64,000 nt of DNA from Takakia lepidozioides (Eukaryota; Plantae; Bryophyta), in the NCBI GenBank assembly GCA_030704615.1, contig CM060732.1, forward strand, positions 28,706,001-28,770,000. The letters are read 5' to 3'. This document shows, piece by piece, positions 48,301 through 59,600 of the stretch. Numbering within the stretch: position 1 is the stretch's first letter; every line of letters starts with the position of its first letter. The translations under genes and the position numbers were made by a program. The notes below the pieces were generated by a model. That model did no database searches. It had not been told where the DNA came from and saw only the letters and a list, made by a program, of their open reading frames with translations.

Positions 48301-50204
48301 GGCTCGATACAAGTTGTTTGCATGGGTGTACCTTAAGTGGGTGATTCGGATTTTCAGACTGCACAAGATGGGCCCACTTGCCTTGGTAACATGGAGTTGT
48401 ACGGGGGCAGCTGCGGATCCCTTTCCCTGCCATTGAGTACAGAGGGAATGGTTAGTACACCACTGACAGTTCAAAGGCCCTAGATGGGGTGTGCGCAGAT
48501 TACTTATGGACGCAGCAGCAAGGGAAGACAGTATTGAATGGGCACTGGTACACTTGAATGGGCATCCATGGGTGACTCTGGGTGAAATTAAGTGAGCATA
48601 GAATCTGGGGAAGGTGGGCATAAGAGTGATAGAAGTGGGGATGAGTAAATGTTATGTGGTTATGGGTTATAGCTAAATTGTTGGGCGAGAGAGCAGAGAT
48701 TGCCTTGGGGGTGATGTATAGTCTTTTGAAATGTAATGAGTAGTTCATTGTATAGTAGCTTCGCCAGAGTAGAGTAGAGGATATGTGGTGACGGAGTGCA
48801 GAAGTAAGAGGGAAAATAGAAGAAGGAAAAGAGCTGTGAGTGTTGGGGGGGTGATTGAGAGATCGTAGACTGTGTTTTAGCTTACCTGGTGGTAGTACAT
48901 GTCTAGAGTGGAGTGAAGTGAAATGGGGGCATCTGTGGCACATTCTGGGCAGCAGATGTTGTGATGAGTGAGTGTTTGGCTGTCTTTTCGTACCTGTGCT
49001 GTTTTTGTGCAGAAAGCTCAGCTTACATAAATTGGAATGGCCGTTTGCCAGTCACGTCTGCTGGCTACGCTGTCAATCTGGCATCGGAGCTGCTTAGTGC
49101 ACTGCCTCTTGTTCGTAGGGTGCCGATTGTGCCTGGCATACTGCACAGCGGGAGTGAGCTGGGGCCGCTGTTGATGGCGGCCACGTGACCAAAGCGGCTT
49201 GTCATAGTTCCATAGATCAGTTGTAGAGGCTCTCGACATAGAGGGATTGGGGATTCCCCCAGGCAGGCTCCACTTTGTCCATCTTACTGCATTTAGCGTA
49301 TTGAGGGGGTGGGGTCCTGCTGGTGGATTGCTGACCAGTACCGAGTAGCATACAAGGAGTTTTCTGTAAAATCTTGTAGCCCCAGGCTGACATTATTCGA
49401 TGTGATCCATGGAAGACAGCGCTTGATTGTCGATCGAGACGTTTGTGTCCTTGTCCATCTTGCCACATGCTTGTGTTTGGGGATCTGGGGGACCATCTTG
49501 ACGGTATTCATTCCCCTGGTGGTAACCTTTGGGTGCCATATCGCACTCTTCTGCACGTAGGAACATGCTTGGGAGTCTGTAATAATAAGAAGACTGATGA
49601 GTGCCCAAATAGAGAGTATGATCCGGCTGGGTGCCTGCGCACCCGCATGCGTTCGCCTGTAAGGGTGTCGTTCACGCCATCTGTTGCAGGCAGATCTTGT
49701 GCAAAGTGCATATTTGCATACGGCTAGAAATGAGATAAACGCAAACACAATGCTGTTGACATACGAACTCCAGAACTTACGATTTGTGACTCGTTTCTCC
49801 TTCCATGCCGTAGTTTGTGGAAGAGGGTGGTCAATCTGTGAGATCGAGAACTGATCCAGGCTAGAGAGAAGGGGAGAAAGTGTGGCGGCTGGGGAGCACG
49901 CCGCAGCCCCGCTAGTCATGGATAAGATGGTGGGAGCGCTAACTGGAGGAGAAAGTGTGATAAGAAAGAAGCAAAGATAGCGGAACCCTAACAAGATAGT
50001 CATGGTTAAGGGAATAGTTAGGCTGCTACAGAACATCCTAGGGGGAGGCGGAGCTCCGCCTCCCCGCGTCTCAAATCAAATTGTGGACAGGAATGTCTTA
50101 GCAGGCAAAATATATGTTTACCACACTAATTTTTAGCTCCCCAAATTAGTGTGGCCCATAATTTATCCTTTGGGCGGTAAATAAAATAAAATAAAAAAAA
50201 ATAA

Positions 50205-50268
50205 AAGGGCCCTGGTTTGTGAGCGGTCGCTCCCAGGTTTTTTTTTTTTTTTTTTAAAGGGAAAAAAA
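50205..50268 (+). mobile_element. Non-LTR retroelement 3' tail
   Basis: GTCGCTCCCAGGTT(T)n-AAAGGG(A)n is the same tail as the minus-strand SINE at 16305-16345. Confidence 0.5.
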
Positions 50269-50874
50269 ATTATCTATATTAGTGTGGGTGTCGAGTTAGT
50301 GTGGCCCACTGCCCTAAAGCCCGGCCGCACCGTGCTGCTAGCGTAGAACACCTGCTGACGGCTTAGCAGGTCCGTTTTCCTAGCAGATGCTCCAACTAAC
50401 ACAACCCATGCCGCACCAAAGTCTTATCTTAATAAGTTTTAAGTGCACAATGTTAGTGTGAAACACGCGTTCCCCTGCCCCTGCCCGATTTCCTCGCCAT
50501 TTTCCCTCGCCTTCTTCCTTCACACCATAGCCAAAGGAGCACATTGCGCTGCTCTCTTGGAGTTGCTCGCGATGTGAAGGTTTGACCAAGGTGGGGCCAT
50601 TGCAGAGGGTACAGAGAAACAAACGTAGTTTAACAGCGAACCCATCAGCAATGATGTCGCCTGTGCGTGCGCTATCTGAACAGGTTCTATGTAGCGCCTT
50701 TACAAGGTGGACTTGATTTTGCTCCAGCTGCTGAAAGGTAATTTTTCTTCTACACTTCTACTGGGTGTGGCAGGGAGGCTTTGGAGGTTTGTGAATGGGT
50801 GATGCCTGGTAGGTCAACTTCATTTTTTCTCATTCTCCTTCATTTTTTCCAGCACATTGTGTTGTCATATACAC

Positions 50875-51103
50875 TGTGACATTGTGCTATATCTGATGAG
50901 GAAGATATGGATGTCTGCATTTCCGTTCTGTAGCAAGGTGCCACATTGCAACTCCATTTCTTTTGTATGTAGAGTGCTTTGTGGCTGTCGTGCGCATACA
51001 TATCGCTACACACACAATCGCTGTCCAAAACCACACAACACATGTGCACACCAAACATTAGTCTATCACTAGTGCACCACTAGGCTGCCACTAGTCCATC
51101 ACA
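50875..51103 (-). repeat. Putative 3' LTR of the methyltransferase-bearing Gypsy element
   Basis: Begins TGTGAT directly after the PPT and ends GTCACA (TGTGA/TCACA inverted termini); ~229 bp. Confidence 0.55.
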
Positions 51104-51362
51104 ATCGCCCCCCTAGCTGGCGATTAGGCTCTCTAAGTCCAGGTAGCCACAAAATGTGATAGTGGCCATAGCCTCACTAAGTCCTCCACCACTGTCCCTA
51201 CTACACTCAAACTCGATAGATCAAGAAGTCGGGTACAATAGTTGCCTCATCGTTAGTCGCCGTCTTGGAACCTGTGAACTTGAGCCTGAGATCTCGGGTA
51301 TTGACTCCTATGAGCTTGGCCTCCCATGTCTTGTTAGCTGCCACTAGTCATATCCACTGCCA

Positions 51363-51510
51363 CTATCCCAAGCAGTGTGGACATAACCAATCTCCATCAG
51401 GAACCCTCTCAAGAGGTGGTATTAAGCATCCCATGTGTCAACCTCTTGATCATCAATCACACACCAACATAGTGGCGGCACCACGAGTATGCCCACATAG
51501 CATGCAACGC
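51363..51510 (-). pseudogene. PHD finger at the integrase C-terminus
   Basis: RCMLCG...[30 protein letters not shown] is the C4-H-C3 PHD pattern with three in-frame stops. Confidence 0.85.
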
Positions 51511-54369
51511 AACCCTGCAGGTACCACTGCAAGGTTGGGATCTATCCTCCCATCCACATATGGAAGGTGACATGACGCACAATTACGCACATGGTCCTTC
51601 CATACCATACCATCTCGACCCTCCAGAATCAACACTCTTGAAGGCAACACCTCTCTGATCCTTAGAATCACACGTCCTGCTGTGACATCCAAGGTCGTAG
51701 GCGCTGTCTGCTGTAGATACACATAGTCCCCAGTGTGGAAACGCCGAACACCTGACCGATATCCCCCTCCACGTATAGTAGCATACCTCAATGTGTCTTG
51801 GTGTTGGGAAATAGCAAGGTTCTCAAACGCCATAGGCATGACCTTCTTGAACAACTCTGCCCGCTGGGCACATGCTTGTGTCTACACATCCGGATCATCA
51901 AGGTTGAGGACTACTGCAGCCTCTCTGCGAATAAACGCAGGCAAATCTGGCTCTCGGCCAAAGAGAATGAAATATGGTGAGAAAGAGGCAAGTGATGCTT
52001 GCTTGCTAAACGTGTAGCCCATGGCTAACCAAGGTACCTGAAGATCCTAATCTCCTAAGTGTCCCTTTTGCAAGCCATACTTGCGCAAACCCCTCTTCAC
52101 CGTCTGCACCACTCTATCTGCCAAGCCATCGGCCCCAAGATGATCCCGAGAAGTGGTACGGTGGTCTATCAAGGCTTATCACACAAAGCCTGAAACTCCC
52201 CCAAGAACTCTCTCCCTTGGTCCGTGAGTACCTCAGCTGGAGCACCAAATCGGCTAAGCACACGATCCACGATGCACGAATGCATACGCAACCCCCTTAC
52301 TAGCCTTGTCAGGCAATGGAACCAACTCAATCCACTTGGAGAAGTGCTCCACTATTACCAACACATATCTGTGGTGGCGCATCGTCAGTGACAACGGCCC
52401 TGCGAAGTCAAGACTCCACCTGTAGCCCAATCCCATAATGGGTAAGGGATGCAACTGTGGTGTAGGGGCGTTGAATGAAGCACGCACCCTGTCACACACC
52501 ATGCCCTAGCCACAAACTGTTGCACCTCTGTGTGCATACCACGCCACCAATACTGCCCCTACAGTAGACTATGAGTGCGTTGCACTCCAAAATGCCCCAA
52601 CTCCTCATGGACATGCCGCACTAACCGTGCACGTTGTGTTGGGTGAGGCACAATTTTCACCCGACCATCCTCCCACACTCGAAGTAGGTGTATCCCCTCC
52701 CACTTGAACCTCTTGGCTCGTTGCAGGATCTGATCCCTCTCTTTGGCAGTCACACTAGCTGTCGTGTCTCCAGTGCGGAGGTAGTCCAACACAACTGAAT
52801 CCTCATGTATATCTCTGGCACCACCTGGCTCATCACTAGCCTCAGGGTCCTCAGACACTCCGTCTACAGTCATCCTTGTTGTAGGTCCAACCTGACCTCC
52901 CGATGCCAAGATATACAAAAAAACAGATGTATGCCATCCCGACACCATCTCCTCGTTCGTCTCACCATGCCACCGAGCTCCAATGTCATCTAGATGGGCG
53001 CCGAGGTCAACCTCGCCTTGAGCTCCTGAAAAGCTCGCTCTTGCTCATCTTCCCTCTGCCACTCCTGGTCTACCTTGGTCAGCTTAAATCCCTTGACAAA
53101 CCGTCTATAGTAGTTTGCCAACCCCATGAAAGCTCGAACTCGGCTCACATCCGTGGGGTGTGGAATCTGTGCAATGACCTCTACCTTAGTCTGCTGCACC
53201 CCCAATCCTCCAGGATATATCATGTGACCCAGATACTCAATCTGGTTGTGGAAGAACTTGCACTTCCCCGGATGTAATTTCAATCTGTGCGTTTTCAAGC
53301 GCTCAAACACTACCTGAAGGTGTCTCTCGTGCTCTTCCACCGTAGCACTAAAGATGATGATGTCATTTATGTAGCCGAGCAAAGTCCCCCCCTGCTAGAA
53401 TCCTGTCCATGACTCTCTGGAACTCTGCAGGAGCGTTCTTAAGCCCGAATGGTAAGAACCGCCACTGATATAGGCAATCATTCCCGTGCTCATTGACCCC
53501 CCATAATGCCGTCTTCTGCTTGTCCGCCTCCTTGATCAGCAACTGGTGATATCCATACCGCAAGTCCAAAGTGCTAAAGACCTTGGCATGCCTGATGACA
53601 TCAAAGATCTCCTCCGGTGTGGGCATGGCTACTTATCGGACTTGGTATGACGATTTACAGGCCGGTAGTCACCGCACATACGTCTCTCCGTCCAATTGCC
53701 ATAGACATCTTTCTTGGCTGGCATCAACGTGGCTGAAGCATACTCTCCACCAGAGAGCTCCACCAAACTAGCCTCCCAGAGATCTTGAGTCCTCATCTGA
53801 ATCAAAGACCTCTCCATGTCACTGTATCTATAGGGTCTCCGAAAGATTGGCGTGTCCGTGGCCAACGCAATACAAATTTCCTGACCCTTCAGTGCTCCCA
53901 AGTCCTTCAAACTGAAGGCAAAGCAATTCATGTAAGCCCTTAGGAACCGCCGTATACGTCGTCTCTCTCCTCCAGTGATAATGGGTCCAATGTCAGGCTC
54001 CCAATTGTCCTCCATAACTGCAATTTTAAGTCCAGCAGACTTAGAGGTAGGAGACGCATCCCGTGGTTGCTATGCCACAACCTCATGAGCAGTACTCCTG
54101 CCTGCTCTCAGTCAATGACAAGGCCTCATCCTGCCCCATCATCTCATCCTTGAGGACCTCCTCGACCCGGGAAGAATCCCCAATCTTATCCATCACAGCC
54201 GCCTTGGCTGCCAACTCCCTCTGAACTTCGAGCACCTCCCACGTGTGCCATGGATGTCTGCACCCCGTGGTTCTCACCGGCTCGCCCCCACTCACTGCCT
54301 GTACCGTCTCGGTAGGCAGAGAGACCATCAAGGGAAGTGCACTCTGCACTCTACGTTGCTCAGCTATAG

Positions 54370-55320
54370 CCAAGCTGATAATCCAGGTCAAGCAATTGAG
54401 ATCCATTGCTTGCCCCAACACCTGACGACGTGATGCCTCAGTAAGAGAAGGCACCGCCATGGTCCCAGTGGAAAAACCCATAGTCTGCTCTCGCTCGTCG
54501 GCATTAGGCTCCACTAACTGCTGTAACTAAGCATCCCACAGGAGGCCAGGTTCACTATCCCGGAAATCATGCGATCCTGGGAAGCTGAGCAGTGTAGGTA
54601 GTGCTGCTTGTGCTTGACCCACCTTGTTGACCATTGCCAAAGGCGAACGGTCATCGTGTCTTACATGTTGAGACTGCCTCCCTGTGTCCAAAATGCTATC
54701 CACTGTGAGGTGTGCTGGTCGCTGCACCCCATCAAATGCACGATTGAGCAGTGCGGGTGATATCAAGTTAGTCCACCATAACCGTGGACGATGAGCCCGT
54801 GACCCCACTGCAGCTGCATCCATCAACATTGCTGCTGACCAAACCACGACCGGACTTGATGCACACTGGCCATCACCCTAACCCGAGAATTGCCCAACAG
54901 TGGCATATTCTCCAATATGTATGCTGGAGATACAGCTTGATGAAGCTGTAAGTGGCGCAAAACCCGCACCATCTCCCAAAACAAATCCGACCTCGAGTCT
55001 CGCAATCCATTGCCATGCCTGGCTGATGAATGCCCTTGGCAGGGCCAATCTGCCACTACCAGATCAATGGAGCCAACCCGCTCCAAATCCTGCGCCCCCA
55101 GCAACGAAATGTCTGCTGCTGATATCCACTAACTGCAGACACCGGCAATAACTCAGGGTACTGCTGCACCAACTGAGCAACATGACGGAGTGAGACGCGT
55201 CGTGCAGTTTTATCCTTCTCTATATACAAATAACGCCGTACTCGTACACCTGCCTGTAGAACAGCAGCCAATCCGGTGTTGATCCTTCCCCAACAAGTCT
55301 AGAAGGCAAATGCCTTCATC
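54370..55320 (-). pseudogene. DNMT3-like cytosine-5 DNA methyltransferase domain within pol
   Basis: Motifs in canonical order: I (ICLLDLLG/RINTGL), II (RYLYIEKD), III-IV (DISLLG...DLVVADWPCQGHS), VI (YILENM), VIII (DAAAVGSRAHRPRLWWTNL), IX-X (EREQTMGF...RRQVLGQAMDLN). Split by frameshifts and stops. Confidence 0.9.
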
Positions 55321-58300
55321 CGGATACTGCCACACAATCGGTGTGGTATCCAATGGTGACAACTGAGGTGGTCCTGGTGCAATCCCCACACTGTCCTCCT
55401 CTCCTGACAGTACAAAAGCCTCTAACCAAGCTTATTGCACCCATCGATCAGCATCCCACTGCAAATCCTTGCTCGGTCAAGCCCCACAATGGAGTTTGAG
55501 CAACCATGGCAGACAACTCCGCCATACCATATATGTCATCCTGCTCTCCCGGAGGTGACATATCCTCTGAGTGAGCGTTGTCCTCAAGCAACTCTCCAGG
55601 CCAACTCACTGCAGCTGTGAATGCTGCCAGTGTCGGCATCTTGCCTCGGTGGGCAACCGCAACTCCTCCTATGAATGTCACAGGGAGCTGTATATGCCAG
55701 CCCTCCCCTGACTCCCATCCAGGCCTATAGGAAGCTGACTCCTCCAAAAATCCAGGGTGAAGCCCATGGGGTACAACACTGCCCCACCAACAATGACATC
55801 GTACGAGACCGCGTCTGTTACAATGGCCTTGGCTCTCATCACTGAGCCATCTGTAGGATGATCCAGCTGTAGTCTGATAGCCAACTCACGCCGTGTCATG
55901 CCCCGAGCCGGCTCTGATCCTCCCAGAGATGTCTGTATCTGGAAAGGGCACGGCTCCATATCCGCCTCCGTGAGGCCCAAGCCTGCAATAGCATCAACCC
56001 ACCATCAATGGTTGAGCTCCCGAGTCCAACAAGACTCGCACTGGCCGTACCCTCTTGCTTGCCGGTCCACTCAAATAGAAAATACCATCCTGGTTGTCTA
56101 ACATGACAACTCCAGGTGTCACCATGGTGCGATAAATGGCTGGCCTAGCTGGCAACTCCGCCAACCTGGCAGCTGCAACTTGCCATGGCGCTGCCGTGGC
56201 AGTCTTGACCCTCATATCCGAGGATCCCTCCAGCACTACACCTCCCACTATCTCCGCAGAAGATGAAGTAACTTCTCCACTCTCATAAAGTGTAGCTGCC
56301 AGCCTGAACATCTCAGCTGGTCTTACCCCCGGGGTCGCAATCATGACAGCCGAGAACAATGGAGCCTGACACACAGTTGTGGCCGCCCCCACCAGCACAT
56401 TAGCTGCCATAGCCTTGGCAACATCAGGTAGTGGTGCTGCCCGTGTAGCTCTCCCCAATGGCAACCTCCGCCTTGGTAACAGTCGGGCGAGAACTAGGTG
56501 CCATGGACGGCGTCGACACTGTCTCCGCCAATGTGAATGACTGAGGAAGCCTGGTCTGACGGCTTGTCTCCCACGCTGTGGATCCAACTCCACCTCCGCA
56601 CCCCATGGCTTAGGAACTCGTGCTGCTCCTCGAGTCATTGCCGCAACTGACTCCATTTGCACTAGTGGTAGTCCTGCCCCACACATAGTGGTAGTGGTAG
56701 TGCTGCCCCGCACATGAATCCCATGCCTCCCATCTCTCCTCCCTCAGGAGCAGGAGGTGGACCATCCGGCCTTGGAGCCGGTACCACCTGAGCTGTGGCC
56801 ATGGCAGCGAGCCTCTGCTCTCTGCTGAAGCGGTTGATGCCTGTCATGACCTCCGCATCCTGGCCATGTGAGTTTGCCCTTGGCCCGCACCTCGTGCTTG
56901 ACCACCTCATCCTCCCTGGGCTCCTCCATCTCGCCCCCGACCACCATTGTTCCCTTGGAACTGGCCTGGGCGCAACTTAAGATGCAAACCATAGCATTGG
57001 GGCTCTCCATGCCCGTACTTGCCACAATGCTCACACTGCAACTGTGCCTGTGCAAACCATTGCCTCCCTCTGGGCAATCCTTCTTGACATGGGGTCCTCC
57101 ACATGTCCAGCATACCACATCCGCTCGTTGTTGGCTAGCAAATGAAGGGAGAGACTCATGTATCTGAGGTCCTCTCTGCCCTTCCCTGGGCTTCACCTAA
57201 GCCCCCTTGTTACCTTGAGCACGTTGATGTAGTGGCTGGCTAGGAGCACCATTACCCCGTGGTGCCTCTTTGGCAAATCCCACCATGACCACTCGTTCCT
57301 CCACCATGTTGAGCTCTATCCGCTTTGCCAACAAAAACACATTTGTTAAGGTGAGTTGGGCCCTTGTAGGAGAATTGCATCCCGCACCCTTCTCCTCAGC
57401 TCCTTGTCCAATATCCCATACCAGAATTGGACTGCCTGAGCCTCCGTAACCCATTGGGTTACATTTATCAAGCGCCTCATGCGAGTGAAAGCCTCCCTCA
57501 GGCTCTTAGTAGGCTTCCTCTGGAACTCTTGCAAGATCCTCAACTTCTCTGTTCTCACCCCTTAGTAGTCCCTTCTCAACTCTTCGAAGAACTCCACAAC
57601 AGGGTTGAAGGCAGACACCGCCACTAGTGCTGGTGCAGCAGTAGCTTGGGTAGACATAGTAGTTGCTGTACCACTAGTCCAACTATTGCTCGTGGAAGCT
57701 GCTGGTGCAGCTGCCGGTGTGGCTGCTGCCCTTGTGTCTCTAGTGATGGAGACATAGTCGGGTGACCAGTACATCCTCCACTCCTCGATCTCAACATCGT
57801 GCCCCCGCCTAAACTCATGGTAATCATCCATGGGCGGCCCCTCAAGGTGCTGAAACAGCTCCTTCCATGCCCATAAAGGCGTAAACAGTTGTGGATTGCG
57901 CATTTGCTGCAAGTCACACCAACTATCAAACTTTTGAATGAAATCATCCAACTCGATGGTGCCCACCACCCCAGAGTACATTCGTGGCCCCTTGGTAGTT
58001 CCATACATCTCCTCCATTGTGTCCCACAACAATGACAAGGAAACAACTTGCACCACCGGTGTGAGTCCTCCTGATTCACAATCCGAATCAGAACCTTCCG
58101 TAGAAGACACAGGATGTGAAGGTGGCCTAAACCGCACACCTTGTCTCGTATACCCGCTAGTATCGCTAGTGCTCATACCGACACTTTCCCCAACAACTAA
58201 TGGCACCTCTGTGTTGACAAACTGGCACTCAACCGGTCATGAACCTGTCTGTCTCCCCCTCTCCACAAGGTAACCAGGTAGAGAACCTGATGCGGCTTAT

Positions 58301-59279
58301 GGTTTGGAATACTAGGTTCCTAACATGGCATGCACCTGCACTTGCATCTACCGTAGGCACTCCCATGGTTGGCTGGTCATCACCTCCAACCTCACCACAG
58401 GAGAAACAAAGATGGTCTGATTGGTCATCAACCCAGCTTCATCATCAACAGCATGCTCTAGGGTTGGATCGGCGATCAAGCCCGAGTCAACCACCTATAA
58501 AATCAAGCGCCCACACAAAACTAGCATGGCGCACAATCAAGCATGCAGGTGTAGAGGGGATCCAAACACAAGAATGAAAACAACAACTCCCCCACACCAA
58601 AAACAACTCCACAGTGTCGCTCCTGCAAGGACACCCCAGCCCAAACCCGGACTGACTCTTGCCTCCACCTACGGAAATGTCTCGGCCTACAGAGAAGGTG
58701 GGAAGCTATGAGGAAGGGAAGCTAAAGCAATGCCTATCCCCAGCATGCTCTCAGCCCAATACCCTCTTTTTTTCTCTCTTCTCTCACTTGCATGACCATG
58801 AGAGCATCCTGTAGACACTCCTCAAACTGCCCTCCACGAGCTCATGAAACTTGGCCTCCAAGGCCCCATGCAAGCCTCCACAGGGTCCGCCAGTGCCTCC
58901 TTACGTCCACCAGCCATTCCTCCGAATGGAACCACCTCAGGAAACCACGCCATTTATTGAAGGTTAAAAAATGGAGCAAATAGAGGTACATATAGGCCCC
59001 AACAACATTTTGTCCAAAAGAATTACCTGCAGGCTGGTCTCCCCCATAGTTAAGAATTGGGCTGAAAACCCGAAAAGATTACCTGCAGGGAAATAATCCC
59101 TTTTGTTAAAACGCAACAGGGAGGCAATTCCAACTTTTCTGCCGGATCAACTAGCTCAAAACCGTTGTTCTTCATAGCCTAGCCTCCCCATCAAGGTCCC
59201 ACGAAACGAGTGAATTTATTTATTTATTTATTTTATTTTTTTATTTTTATTTTTTCACTCTAGCTGTTCGCTGCCTGCC

Positions 59280-59600
59280 GTCGCTCCAACCGCCACGACT
59301 TCTCACAGCCCGCCCTAGGCGCTCGTTGGCCACGGGCTGCCTCGTGATACCCCTTGGTACCACGCCCACGAGCCTTCACGACCCGCCATTCCCACGATCT
59401 GGTCACCGTGCCCACCCGTGGTGTCCGCACCACGGCTTTCCACGGTCATGGTCAACGGTCACGGCCTGGGCTCGTGGTATCTCGTGATACCGCCCCCACG
59501 GCCCATCTCGGCCACTATTCCCTACGTTCCCTGGAACTCCCCACGAGTTCTCCTACGTTCCCGAGGTATTCTAGGGCGTTCCCACACGTTCCCGGGCTCT
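59280..59600. repeat. GC-rich cluster of short CCACG/CGTGG motifs
   Basis: More than ten (C/T)CACG or CGTG(G/A) motifs in ~320 bp, resembling subterminal repeats of a DNA transposon. Confidence 0.5.

Larger units (their letters stand above)
50875..58780 (-). mobile_element. Ty3/Gypsy LTR retrotransposon encoding a DNMT3-like DNA methyltransferase and a PHD finger (decayed)
   Basis: Order: gag (57200-58206), two zinc knuckles (CWTCGGPHVKKDC; CEHCGKYGHGEPQC), protease (VLLDSGAQ, ~55700-56100), C5-MTase (54370-55320), RT (TLDLRYGYHQ, GYINDI; 52990-54015), integrase (GHFGVQRT, SLDFAGPL; ~51600-52650), PHD, PPT AGGGGGGCGAT, 3' LTR. The 5' boundary is uncertain and no 5' LTR was found. Confidence 0.9.

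Noticed and set aside
54370-55320. Host DRM/CMT/MET1 gene or bacterial restriction-modification contamination
   Set aside because: No motif permutation and no UBA, BAH or chromo domain; intronless, embedded between protease and RT, and decayed like the rest of the element.
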